Shown here: positions 26,958 to 38,965 of the stretch, one piece after another
Layout of the letters: each line of letters starts with the position of its first letter
Numbering within the stretch: the stretch's first letter is position 1
Assembly: GCF_018350175.1 (NCBI RefSeq)
Contig: NC_058373.1
Location: 105,526,001-105,590,000, forward strand
DNA: 64,000 bases
Direction of reading: 5' to 3'
Source: Felis catus
Taxonomy: Eukaryota
Program-made: the position numbers and the translations under genes
Notes under the pieces: model-generated
What the model was told of the DNA's origin: nothing
Database searches by the model: none
Seen by the model: only the letters and a program-made list of their open reading frames with translations

Positions 26958-27255
26958 CAGGGGTGCTGTTCAGATGACTGAACAACTGATATAGCTCAGG
27001 CACAGATGGGTCAAGATGGATCAGAGTGGGTGCCAGCTCTAATGCTGGAGCAGAGAACGGACTAGGTTTACCCCTTTAGTTACTGCATGGTAGTTACTGA
27101 ATCAAAGATTCAGGGAGAGGAGACAGGGTAGCTGGGTGTTGAAGCTGGAGTAGGGAGCTTGGGGCAGCAGCTCCTTAGCAAGAAATATAAAAATATTTCA
27201 ACATTTTGACTATCACTGTGACTGTACTAGTTTATATCTGCTAGATTTCAGTCCT
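26958..27255. mobile_element. Possible ancient hAT-like DNA transposon relic
   Basis: Weak terminal inverted similarity (caggggtg / cagtccta) and recalled resemblance only. Confidence 0.3.
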
Positions 27256-28914
27256 ACATGTTCTGTGGTCTATGAAACTGTATCTAGCACGTTGCCTAAG
27301 ACCACAGTTGCAGGTGGCCTTAGAGCTAGGATTGGCACTGCAGGGGCCACATTTTGTGTTTGTCTCACCACGATACATTTCGTTCTATTAAGATGAGCAC
27401 AAACTTTTGGTTACAGTGGAGCCAAATAGAAAGAATTATAGAAGAAGGGGCTACTGGGAAAAATGGGTCAAGGGGGAGAGCTTTGGCCATCAATCACTTA
27501 TTCCAGCAGAGATCTCAGCAGAAATGTAATAAGTCAGTCTCCATAGTGATTGCAGAGCTCTTAGGCACAGTTCAGACTAAATCAGGGTATAGATGGAGGC
27601 CAGCTGCTTTTGATAAATGATGCGACATGGTAGAGTATTCCACAAAAAGGAACCTTCAGTACTGCGAGCATGCACAGATGATGTCATGAGCCTTTCAAAT
27701 GGGTGAAGGCTAATGGATCAAACGCAAGCCTGATGCCAAAAAAAATGGCTTCACAGAGGGAGAACTCAGGAGTGGAGTTGCTCCTTTACACAAGGGATCT
27801 AGCAGCCTTTCTCTTCCTCAGGGCCTTAGTTCAATGCACTGCTCCAGTTTATTTAGCTTTAACTTGAAAACACTAAATGTTCTTAGACTTTTTTTTGCCT
27901 AATGGATTTTGATACACTTAGGTATTTTCTTAATCTAAATTTTCCAAGGTGAGTAATTGCTCTAGGGACTGTTAACATTATAACAGAAGATTAAGGAAAC
28001 TGGATGGTAAATCCCAAATGCTTGTAACCCTTGACAAAATTTTGGTGGTCTCTACCGATATCTTATCATGTATGGTTGGATCTGGATAGATTGGACTTGG
28101 GTAGATGCGTTTCAACATTTAACTGTTCAAATGAGTGGCAGGATTTACAGGTAGATTTGTTCCACAGGGTACCTAAGGAATGATATATATCATTCCAAAT
28201 GGTAGTGTCGAAGTGGACCAAAGCCTAGAAAGGTTCGCTGAGTGTAGTTTTCTGCTGTTAGAAAAGCTGTGTTGTGCCCCTAGACATTTGTGTAACCTCT
28301 AGTTCATCAGTGTTCAGTTTTATTGTAGGAGAATAAATTCTAGCAGAGAATTTAAGAATTGTGGTCACCTACCCATTTTAAGAGACAGATCATACTAACT
28401 CTTACCTGGCTTAGTTTATCTGGAGTTAGATAGGGCTGGTTGAAATACTTAATTCATGAGTCTAGGTGAATTAGCCAAAAGACTAAATAAAGGTGAAAGA
28501 CTGATGACACCAGGTCTTAACACAAATTGCCTGAAGAATTGTACAAATAGTAAGCTTTTGAAAACAACCCAAGCTAAACAATTCCTTGGAGTGGTCTCCT
28601 CAAACTCTACCCAGACATAGCAATTTAGCTTTTGGGAGACATGGTAAACTAGTAGCTTGGACTAACGCCCAGCGTTCTCCAAGATAAGGTAAAAGGAGAG
28701 TGTGTGTTTTGGACCAGAGCCACTTCCTCAGAACATGAAATCTAAGGCAGAGAGAGTCTTTGGAGGATCCTTTCTTATTATAATGGAACGCGCCTTCATG
28801 TATGCCTTAACAACTGGTCTCCAGGGAGAAAGTGCTTTCTAAGCCCCTCACCCTGGTTTAATCTAGCTGCGCTGAGGCATAAGCCTTGTGTCTTAGGTAG
28901 TAAGTCTTAGATTT

Positions 28915-29420
28915 CCATAGCTGCTTCTTTTTTTCCTGTCAGTGGACCCCACCCTCAACTGGTAGCCCCTGCATTTTTGGACTTGACTAAAATACTGCTC
29001 TGCGGGTGTGAGATCTGGAATCTTGAGGGACTGCAGAGGGGCTGGATGATGCAGCCAAGAAGTGGGTGGGTATTGGCTTCCTCTGGGTGAGCCTTGACCA
29101 ATGAGAAATGAGAGGGGGGCCGGATAGATAAATTCTCCCTCCATCCCAGCTTCCGTGGACCATGTTGGGGTACAGTTCCTCCTTGTCCTTCTGGACAAAT
29201 CTCAGGTGCTATGTGAACATGCCTGCCAAGTGACCTGCTGTGTCCCTTCCCAGCTCATGTGTGGGGGTGGTGCGGGGAAGGGAGATAGTAACCTGCATCA
29301 TGTTGTTTCTTGACTCATTCTTTTCCTTCCTGCCCTGGGCTTACATCTCCCAAATAAAGTGTTAATACCTTAAACCCTTGTCTCAGGCTCTGCTTTCTAG
29401 GGTGTCTGGGCTTTGGATAC
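28915..29420 (+). mobile_element. ERVL LTR (LTR16-like)
   Basis: ccttgaccaatgagaaatg CCAAT region; 3' end ctcccaaataaa...aaacccttgtctcaggctctgctttctaggg. Confidence 0.7.
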
Positions 29421-29564
29421 CACACTAATCACTAAACCTTTAACCAGCTCATTAGCAGATTGACTTAATCAATACATGACATTATTTTCCCTAAGGTCAG
29501 ACAGAAAACTGATTTAAATATTTTTCATATTCGTATTTTAAATTTGTGCAATAGCGATCAATAC

Positions 29565-29756
29565 CAACCCTTCTCAACAAGAGTTTGAGAGACTTAAGCC
29601 CTAATGCCCTAAGGAACTATTGTATATAATGAACTAATTAATTTCTCTTCTATGCATCAAGAATGTACCATCCTTGAGAGAACTGAAAAAAACGAGCATG
29701 CAAATCATTTTCTGCAGGGCTGATTTCTCTGGAGGAATCCTGGTTTTGAAGGGCTG
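29565..29756. mobile_element. hAT-type MITE relic
   Basis: Imperfect TIRs caacccttctcaac / gttttgaagggctg; no TSD retained. Confidence 0.5.
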
Positions 29757-29880
29757 AGATTGTTTTGATTACTAGACAAGAAATGTGTAATTAATTTATT
29801 TATCAGTTTTTCCAGTTTTAGTCCTTGTTTGGCTACTAAGTAACAGTAGAAGTGAACTACCTGATTCTTATTTACTTAAT

Positions 29881-29964
29881 AAATGTTTGAATACTTACTA
29901 AGAACTAGGTCTTACGAAGACCAAATGTTTGAATACTTACTAAGAACTAGGTCTTATGAAGACC
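29881..29964. repeat. Tandem duplication, 2 x 42 bp, in an L2 3' fragment
   Basis: aaatgtttgaatacttactaagaactaggtcttacgaagacc repeated with one CpG>TpG difference. Confidence 0.98.
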
Positions 29965-30951
29965 AAGGCTTGCTCTCTATTCTCCCAGAGCTGAGCTTAG
30001 TGGGAATATAGGGCAGACAGATAGTACACCATGTGCGTCGTAACAGAGGCGTGTGGAAAGCGACATGAGACTGAGGAGGTCGAGGTAATATTCTCTTTCC
30101 GTGTTATATGTTTGCCTCACTTTTGTGCCATGTGTAGCATATATAACAGAATATAACTAAAATAAACCATCTTTAAAAAAAAACTGTGAGGGAATTTTCT
30201 TGACCATTTATATTGCAACCATTCTTCTAGATTCTCTAGCAAAAAAAGTTTAGTTTTGTGTGATATCAGACAGGAAAAGAGGTTGAAACTTGCTAACACA
30301 TCCAATCTTGAGTCTAGGTTGCTCATAATGTTCTTGGTAGAGTACGTCGGTTTTGTCCGACTTCTCATGAGGAGAAAGGTAGAATATCAAAAGTTCTATG
30401 TGTTGTTTTTTTGATATATCCCCGATTGTGCTATTCGTAAACACTGGGAGACTAGAAATTTGGTGCTAGAATCAAAAGGATGTCTGTCATTTGTATGTTT
30501 TGTCAAAGAAAAGGATCTTCAAAAAATTTTTGCTGAGGGTCCATTTAAACTCTATTCACATAGTCATAACTGTAAAAATTGGTCTATTAGTTCTAGGGTA
30601 GAAGAAGTTTATCACTGAAATTTGCAACTTCAGAAAACACCCTAACGCATTTTAAAGTGTATAAATAGATCTAGCCAACTCCCTTGAGGAGATATTGTCA
30701 GGGAGGTGGCCTTGAGCTATGTTAACTTACGTGCCTCTAAGGCAGGGTGGAGTTAATTGCAAAACCTGTGCTGTTTAAGAAAAACAATGTAAAGACTCAT
30801 TTCTCTCCTATAATGTTTCACACAACAGATTTACAAATCCCTGACATTTATAAATTAAAGTTGTACCATAAAGCTAAGGAGGATGAATGCTGTTATTTCA
30901 AGTGTGATGAAAATTTTCTAAAATTAAGAGTGGAAAATAGAGACAGGTTCG

Positions 30952-31005
30952 TTCTTTCTTTTTTTTTCTTTCTCTTTCTCTTTCTTTATTTCAATCTTTC
31001 TTTCT

Positions 31006-31065
<60 letters not shown>

Positions 31066-31067
31066 TC
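30952..31067. repeat. Polypyrimidine / (TTTC)n microsatellite
   Basis: Pure TTTC run in the distal ~60 bp. Confidence 0.97.
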
Positions 31068-32499
31068 AATACATTGGAACACAATTTCATTCTTGGATCT
31101 TAAAACAAATAATTAAAATTCTATCATGGGGCAGTCAAGTATGGGAAGGGACCATAGGTAATAAAGTATACCTGTCCCCTGGAGAGGAAAGGAAGAATGT
31201 ATGGAAAGTATTACTGAAATCTGTTAGAATCCGCCCCCCCCCCTTTTTTTTTAAATGCCATAGAAGAGAGGATAGAAGTTACAACTCATTAGTCATGATG
31301 AAACAGACCATGTCCCTAAACATCCATGGAACTTCTCTCCGTATTTTCCATTGTGCCCATTGTTCATTTTCATCTTTGTCAATGAATGCAAATCTACATT
31401 CTGGACCCAAGTCAGGGTCACAGTTGGAAAGAACACCAATCCTAATCAAATCCTTATTAAACACACAAATCTTGTTAATAGTCATTCTTTTCTCTTGGGC
31501 AAGTATAGGAGGGGGATCCATTTTTCATGTCTAGAAACAATTCCATGAGAAATATAAGCAGCAGAAAATCATTTCAATGGTGATTCTCTGTGATTTCATA
31601 ATTACCTAAAAATCTGATGCTGACTAATTAGCTCTGCTCTATTAGAGAAAAATGAGTTCTGCATTCCCCTTCCTCCAGTGAGGTTTTCTTGTTTATCAAT
31701 CCCTCATCAAATTTTGGACACAACCTCTTATGCCGGCAGGAATGCAAGGAGCACACACAGGCAATTCATCCTCCCCAAATTCTCTAGCAAGCAATGTAGG
31801 AGAGAGTTGAAGTCAGAGCTTTTTCTGCGTGGAATCAAAGCTTCTGTCCTTTGGGCTGTGTGATTTGCCTTTCTAGGTCAGCCTCTCCCTTGAATCAGTC
31901 AAGAGTTCACAGAATGAAATGTTTAGGGCTTTCTTGTTCCTGAGCCAGGGGTGGCTAAGCCTGCGAAGCAAAACAAATCACCAAAAAAATGTGTAAACAA
32001 GGATCAGCTGACTAAGCCTAGTACAAAATGATGCCCGTATCTGTAACTTTGGTGGAAATTTGTGCAAAGGACCACCATGATTTTTTCTTGTTACCACCTT
32101 TTTCCATTAGATGGGTACTGAGCTTTCTGGAGGGGCATCATTAATTCAGAATTCTAGTATGAGATAGAGTTAGGCTGCCTTTGCCAAGGAATTTTCCCCC
32201 TTGTATATTTGTATCCTTCTTTGTTTGTTCCTCTTTGAGAACATTAGGAAACTACTACACTTGTTCAGAAAAAAAAAAAAAAGCACCACCTCGATCTACT
32301 AATTGTTTTCTTTAACATGGGCTTATTACCCCTCTGAAGCTTTGGAATGCCTCTAGGTCCCCATGGGAAGTTGAGGATGAATGACAGGCACAGGAGACAC
32401 GAGGTACTCAGGAAGCCAACTTTCTGCTAGGAAATATTGACTCATCTATGTTTTACAGTACTATCAGTTGCCTTTTAATGAGCACATACTTTGTAATAG

Positions 32500-32735
32500 G
32501 TAATGTAATCATTGCTTTAAAAAAGCTCTTACTATGTGCCCAGTACTGTTCTAAGTGTTTTACATTTATTAATCCTTTAAGCTTCAAAGCCTAAATAATA
32601 TCACCTCTTGAAGTAGGTGATATTATTATCCTCACTAGAGTATAACCTCCATGAGGACTTTGTTTCACTCACACGTACTAGCTGTGCAATAAATAAATGA
32701 CCTCATTTTACAGCCAGGGAAACTTAAAGGTTAAT
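32500..32735 (-). mobile_element. MIR with internal insertions
   Basis: ttactatgtgcccagtactgttctaagtgttttaca...cctcattttacagccagggaaact. Confidence 0.75.
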
Positions 32736-32747
32736 TGTATTGTTCTA

Positions 32748-32870
32748 GCTCAGTTTCTCAACCTCAGCACTAAGAACATTTTGGACCAGATACTTCTTTG
32801 TTGCGGGGGCTTTCCTGGACATTGCAGGACACTGAGCACCCCCTTCACTGTGACAAGCAGAAACATCTCC
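32748..32870 (-). mobile_element. MER20 (hAT-Charlie) fragment
   Basis: tttctcaacctcagcact...cttctttgttgcggggg...tgtgacaagcagaaacatctcc matches the recalled MER20 end. Confidence 0.75.
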
Positions 32871-32879
32871 TTTCTTCCA

Positions 32880-33533
32880 TCCCTCTTCCTTCTCGTCTGC
32901 TTTTCTTCACAAGTGTCAGTCAGGCACCACAGGCTCACATCACTCCCAACATTTTCCAACTCCTTCCCCCATTTTTCCTCTCAGGCTATATTAGTTTACC
33001 ATGGCTACTGTGCCCAAACTGGGTGGCTTGGCACAACAGAAATCTATTGTCCCCGGTTTTGGAGTCTAGAAGTCTCCAATCAAGGCGCGAGTAGGGCCAG
33101 TCTTTCTGGAGGCTCTGGGGGAGAACTTGTCCCATGCCTTTCTTTTAGCCTCTGGCATTGCCAGCGGTCTTTGGTACTCCTTGGGTTGCAGCTGTATAGC
33201 TTCAGTGTCTGCCTCTCTTGTCCTGTGACCATCTTCTCTCAGTGTTTGTGCCTTTGTACGTGTTCTCTCTGTGCATGTCTCTGCTCCTTTTCTTAAAAGG
33301 ACACCAGTTATATTGGATTGAGGGACCGCCCTACTCCACTATGACCTCACTTTAACTAATTACATCTGCAACAAACCCAATTCCAAAGAAGGTCACATTC
33401 TGAGGTCCTGGGAAGGCTTTGAATTTGGTGGGAACACTATGAAACTCGGTACACTAGTGTTACCCTCCTGACAAATCTCTTGTATGTTAATCCTGTCTTG
33501 GTATCTGCTTCACTGAGAACCCAGACTAATACA
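32880..33533 (+). mobile_element. LTR33-like ERVL LTR 3' part, split by an MLT1C insertion
   Basis: Terminus aaatctcttgtatgttaatcctgtcttggtatctgcttc...cagactaataca. Confidence 0.55.
32987..33453 (-). mobile_element. MaLR LTR (MLT1C-like)
   Basis: tatattagttt...actgggtggctt...ggacaccagttatattggatt...aaggtcacattctgaggt...gtaca. Confidence 0.88.
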
Positions 33534-33582
33534 CAAAATTATAGACCTAAAAACTGGCAAATTCTGGATTTGAACTCCGGCT

Positions 33583-33846
33583 GTGTAATGGATTCTGTGA
33601 TATGCTCCCTAGATCCTCCTTCAGGTCTGCCTCTGGGAGTGTTTGTTGCTAGAAGATAGTTCCTAGTTACCAGATGGAATTGTCTTGGATGGAGAGTCTC
33701 CTAATCCATGGTCACACCTCCTTCCTAGGTCAGCTCTTCTCTGTAGACTGGTCTACGTGGGGATATACAGATCTGTACCCCTCACCTCAGTTTGAAGTAA
33801 CTCTGAATTGTCATCCCAGCTTCAGATTTCCCTGTGAAGGCATTCG
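33583..33846 (+). mobile_element. LTR16-like ERVL LTR, 5' part
   Basis: tgtaatggattctgtgatatgctccctagatcctccttcagg start; joins pol-derived sequence directly. Confidence 0.6.
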
Positions 33847-34303
33847 GCACCTCTCCCTCAGTTTACACCTGAGGGACGTAGGAGTAATCTCTTCTGACCA
33901 ACTGAGAGAAGGAAAATCCTGAGCTTGGGTTGCAGACGGGTTGACTCAGAAATAGAATGTGAGGAAATAATACAGCTGCATGATAGTCCATTCAAGGGTT
34001 GGCCTTCAGTGGCAGTGATTATTAGGGAAAATGCCTGAATAAGCCTGTGAATACCAGCAGTCATGGTGGTTGAGATGGGGACTATGTGTGAGCTCAACAA
34101 TAAGGGCTCCCAGTTACCACAGCAGATCTAGCTACTGCTTCAGCACATGCTCAATGGCCAGAAGCACAGACTATCATTTGAGGAAACCATCCAGCCTCTC
34201 GGTCATAAATTAACCACATTGGACCCTTTTCACCCTAAAGGGGCAGTGATTTATTTTGACAGATATCTATACTTATTCCAGGCATGAGTTTGACTCCTCT
34301 GTC
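33847..34303 (+). mobile_element. pol: Decayed ERVL pol remnant (RNase H N-terminus fused to integrase N-terminus)
   Basis: Translates, with stops and frameshifts, to GVISSDQLREGKS*AWVADG, SHGG*DGDYV*AQQ*GLPVTTADLATAS and INHIGPFSP*RGQ*FILTDIYTYS; these match recalled ERVL DQLTEEEKTRAWFTDG, GHGGRDGGYAWAQQHGLPLTKADLATAT and VDYIGPLPSWKGQRFVLTGIDTYS. Confidence 0.88.
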
Positions 34304-34538
34304 TTTGGGACTTCAGCTCGCACATTTTCTTGAGACTTTTTTGGAGATATTTAAAGCACACATGGGCAAGCAGGGGTAGGAAACATGGAGAATGTCTCCT
34401 TCTTGACTTGTTCATAGGCCTCCAGGCTTTGTTGTTTACCCATGGAGACACAATGATCTGTTTGATATTTTTATGGTGGGTTGAGATGTTTAGAAAAAAC
34501 ATGTCATGAGCCCTAAGTTATATTTAAGGTAGCAGCCA

Positions 34539-34750
34539 GGGGCATTTGGGTGGCTCAGTCAACTGAGCCTCTGACTCTTGATTTCAGCTTGGCTCGTGAT
34601 CTCATGGTTCAGGAGATGGAGTCCTGTATCAGGCTCTGCACTGACAGCTCAGCTTGCTTGGGATTCTATCTCTCCTTTCTCTCTGCCCCTCCCCTGCTCA
34701 TGTGCGTGCTCTCTCTCTCTCTCTCAAAAGAAATAAACTTAAAAAAATAA
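34539..34750 (+). mobile_element. Older CanSINE
   Basis: gactcttgatttc head variant; degenerate TSD taaggtagcagcca / taaagtggcaatca. Confidence 0.95.
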
Positions 34751-35679
34751 TAAAGTGGCAATCAGACTCTGGGGTTAGGAAGGACAGTGTGATGTAGGAT
34801 GCATGCATAGTACATCAAATTGTGGGAACTGCTAATTACTCGTTGCCTTTAGCCTTAATCTTACATCTCTTTATTAAAAAGGTTCCCGAGAACCTGTAAA
34901 AGATCCATAATAAGGTAACAGAAATTACTAAAATAGAAAAATAAGCTCAAAGAAGAAATGTTAAAGTTATAGCTATTTTTAGCTTGCCCATCTTTACATC
35001 TAGAAGCTAATTGTAGATGGGACGAAACAAGAGGGACTCTAAATATCTTCAGAGTTATAGGCTGGGCTGTGCTGGATGAGAGTGATCACAGATATTGGTG
35101 GCGTGGTTGTTACAACCCAAAGTTGAAAATGAAGGAGCCAGAGCAGAAAGAGATCTTCCAAAAGAAAGAGATGTTTCAAAATTTGAAGGCTCCTCAATGG
35201 CATAGCTGCAGGAGAGAATAAAAAGACATGGGAAAGGCAGATTTTATTGGCAAGTTTAGGACTGGAGATAGGAGGGAAAAACAGTCTGAGTTGTGAAGAC
35301 AATCTCTCGGGACTTTCTCACTCATATTCAAGTTCCTGTGTCAAGGTCTGAAGGGAGACCCTGATCTTTGGATTAAGAAGTCTGGAGATGCAAGGACAAT
35401 GAAAAGACAAAGGGTGGTGTGTCTGGATAGTGGAGAGGTACCATGTGGTCAGGGAACACATTGTGTATACATGTCGTGTGTTTGCTAGGGAGAAGAGTCA
35501 TAGTTTCCAACAATTAATTGAAGCTTTCTGTCACTTAAAAATAGGTTAAAAGACACTGGCTTTTATAAAAGTGAGCAGCATTATCCTGGGCATATAAGAT
35601 CCTTCATGATTTGTTTTTTGAATTTGGCTTTCTAGCATTTACCCATCCCCTATGCTATTGTTTTCTGATGATAATGGCC

Positions 35680-36020
35680 TATGCATCATTTGCCTACTGT
35701 TTTTCCCTCACCATGCACAGCTATTCCTGCTGTCTGGAATGCCTTGTGCTCATATTTCCTTCAGAGAATATCTCCTTATCTTTCAGAGAACCAGATGAAC
35801 TATTGTTTTCTCCATATGTCCTTCTTCGGCACCCAGACAGAGTTGGCTGGCCCTCCTTTGTAACTACCTCTGTTGTATTCCAGATAAAGTGGCATTAACT
35901 TGATTTGTTACAGGTCTATTTTTTCTCTAGATTGTGAGTTTGTTTCTTAGGCAGAGGACTGCCTAATTTTCCCTGTAGGCCCAGTTCTGGGTCCAGAGAA
36001 GGTCATAAAATGCTTCTTGA
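35680..36020 (+). mobile_element. L2 3' fragment
   Basis: gctattcctgctgtctggaatgcctt...ctagattgtgagttt...taggcagaggact. Confidence 0.55.
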
Positions 36021-36750
36021 AAGTGTAAACTTAGAAACGAGTAGTTCCAGAAGTGGCTAATTAGGTGTCCTCCGACTTAAGTCACCAAATAAGGGAAATA
36101 TTTCTAGAAGCATAATAGAAGTGTGAGTATGCACAGGGAAGATGCATATTAAGTATGTGTGAAATGAATCTCAAATAACATTACAAAAAATACCTTGTGG
36201 GGAATCTAAGACCAAGATAAAAACCCATTTGTCTTTGCCGACAGAGGCATGGTCTGGCTCTCACTCTCTTTTCTGTGATTCTGTGACCTAGGATCTAAAT
36301 TTTAGAAAGTGAATAGTTTAGTGACAAACTAGACAAATATAAGAATACAGATGATAAGAAAAAAATTTTCCTTTATTTTGCCTTCTTTCCATTGTGTTAG
36401 TCACTATTTCTAGGGTGACATGTTGGCCATAGTCAAGGAGAAAGGACAAGAATTGGTATTTGCAAAAGAGTTGTATGTTTTGGCGTGGAAGCATTCTATT
36501 TTTTTTTAATCCCATATATTTGGTTAAGCAGTATTATTTGTGTTCAGAAGCTCAGTGTTTTCATAGAACAAAACCTCACCAATTTAGACTAAATTAAGAT
36601 ACTATAAAGCGAAATACTGTGGATTACGTACTTCGCACTTTTTAGTGCATCATTAAAGGTAACAGACTACAACAAAGCATTGATGGAGAAATCCGGTTAG
36701 CATGCTTTAATAAATATATGACTGTCTTTTTGATAAAGCCTAAACCTTTT

Positions 36751-36959
36751 GGGGCACCTGGGTAGCTCAGTCGGTTAAGCATCTGACACTGGCTCAGGTC
36801 ACGATCTCGCAGTTCATAAGTTCAAGCCCTGCATCGGGCTCTGTGCTGACAGCTCAGAGCCTGGACCCTGCTTCAGATTCTGTGTCTCCCTCTCTCTGCC
36901 CCTCCTCCATTCACACTCTGTCTCTCTATGAAAAATAAATAAACATTAAAAAAAAATTT
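36751..36959 (+). mobile_element. CanSINE
   Basis: Full element; TSD aagcctaaacc(c)tttt. Confidence 0.98.
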
Positions 36960-38253
36960 AAGCCTAAACCCTTTTATGTATAAATATTATAAAGATATTT
37001 GAAATTTTAGGTTTCACAGTAGGATTAGTGAGGTCTCCTATAATTTTATTAATATATTTGCTTATATATACTATGTATTTGCTTAAACAATTTCTTTTGT
37101 CATAGATGTGAAAGATAGAAACTTTGGCTCCTTTCTGGTCCAGTTATTATGAACAACAACAACAAAAAGAATGATGATTTGAATAAATTTTTAACTGTGC
37201 TTGTGTTTATTTTAACTGAGCCATATGCATTGCATTAACTACTGACTCTCATCAAGAAACTAGTGAATATGTTTAGAAACATTTTGAATGCTCAGAGAAG
37301 AATTTGGCCAGCAGGATGTCTTATAGTCTAACCGGCAGGAGCGCCTGTTTGCTCCATGGTGGGGGTATCTGCTTTCTCAACAAATTCTGAAGGTGAAGAG
37401 CAGGAGTTGAAGGATTCATGTCCTGCCGTGTAAGCAGATAATGGCACTTGAATTGCTTCTCTACACAGGCAGGAGGCCAGACTTCACAATTTTGTTAGAG
37501 ACTTCTTATTTCTTAATATCTGTATCATTAGTCAACAGATGGAGTTCTGTCTGAAATCTTATTTCAAGAAAGCCGCCCCCCCCCCCGCTAGATAATCTCC
37601 TTAAACTATAATTGACAAGTGGAATGAATTTCAATTCCCTAAATTTTGGATGAGTGTACTAAAAGTTGTCCAGTCCTTCAAAGTGTGGGGCACATTGTTT
37701 CCATAAATATTTATTGAACATTTACTGGGTGCCAAACATTTTCCTAGCAACTGGGATACAATGGAAAATAAGAAAGACACTGTCCTTATTTTTTAATGAC
37801 AGTCAAAAACCAGGATTTGGGTACAAATACTCTTAAGTAATAGAATTTTTCATGTTTATCAAGAAGGTTGGGACTACAGTTCTGTTCTTGTTGTTCTTCA
37901 CCTTTTCAGGTGAAAAAGAGGGAGATTTTTCTAGAGGATAAGAACTTTGTTTTCTCCCCTATAAAAAGAGTAGTCAACCTCTCCAATCATCTTTTTCAAA
38001 CCACATTTTGTCAACTCAGGAATTGTTATAGCTGAGTTCAGAGAGAGATTCTCTTTCAATGTTTTGAAGGCCAGTTATTATAGATGCATCTAATAAACCA
38101 CAGCCCAGGTTCTCAGTCTAGTTTTGGAGGCTTTACTGTCATGGTGGGACAATCTATCTTTATATGGTTCTCCTGCCACTTGTCAATGACATTGGGATAG
38201 GAAGTTTTGTCTAAAATTTTGATCTGGTTCAAGGGAGATGCACGTAGCACGGG

Positions 38254-38468
38254 CAGAGCTTCCCTACAGGTATGCTGGGGTTCCTTGGGGGTGTTATGTA
38301 TAGAGTAGGTACGTGCCAAGGTGCTGTTCCTTTCTTACTCTGGGAGGCCAGATGGGGCCTGGGGCAGCCTCTTGCCATAAACGTACTAGTCCATTTGTCC
38401 TGTTGCACTATATGAGTTTATCATACTATGAGTTTATTATGTGCCATGATCAAGATTGGGAAGGACTG
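38254..38468. mobile_element. hAT-Charlie-like MITE relic
   Basis: Imperfect TIRs cagagcttccc / gggaaggactg with subterminal gtgcc motifs. Confidence 0.5.
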
Positions 38469-38807
38469 TCTTAGGGTATTACTCAGGCAGAGAGGAATTC
38501 TGCTGTTAGGAAAGGACCTCTGATGTGTTCCAATGCCCATGCCTAGCTGGGCTTCCGAGAGTCATCAGGAATAGGGAGCTGATGAAAAGGGGAACTAGTA
38601 TCACTATGCACAAAAACAGAAATTATTCTTCCTGTTGTGGGTAGACAAAGCTGGACAGATTTCTTGTTTGAAGAAAATATTTTTCTTTGTTCTTCTAAAT
38701 TTAGACTGCACTGCTTCAGAGAATTATTTTTGTTCTTGTTATGTGTATGTCTGCATCATATGTGTGTGTTTTGTCCAGAAGTTATCTGTAGTACCCTAGA
38801 AGACTAA

Positions 38808-38965
38808 AGGAAGAACCTGGGGTATAGTAGATCATGTGTCACATCACACTGTGGAGAAATCTCCACGGGCGACTATATTTGAAATACCATAACCTAACTT
38901 GGATTATTGACCAGAACACATTCTGGATGAATAATCCCAGGATTGGAAAGATATTGTTGGAGACT
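38808..38965 (+). mobile_element. Possible CR1/L3 LINE relic
   Basis: KNLG and GRLYLKYHNLTW resemble CR1 ORF2 C-terminal KDLGVLVD and VRPHLEYCVQFW. Confidence 0.4.

Noticed and set aside
30250..30444. Protein-like minus-strand ORF and small gtcgg/ccgac hairpin
   Set aside because: No recognisable homology or good splice sites; a 5-bp stem is expected by chance.
32697..33296. Longest ORF (199 aa)
   Set aside because: It runs across MIR, MER20, LTR33-like and MLT1C pieces; a chance ORF with no recognisable domain.
23576..34538. 11-kb gap without CanSINEs
   Set aside because: With 25 copies in 64 kb, one such gap is not unlikely by chance.
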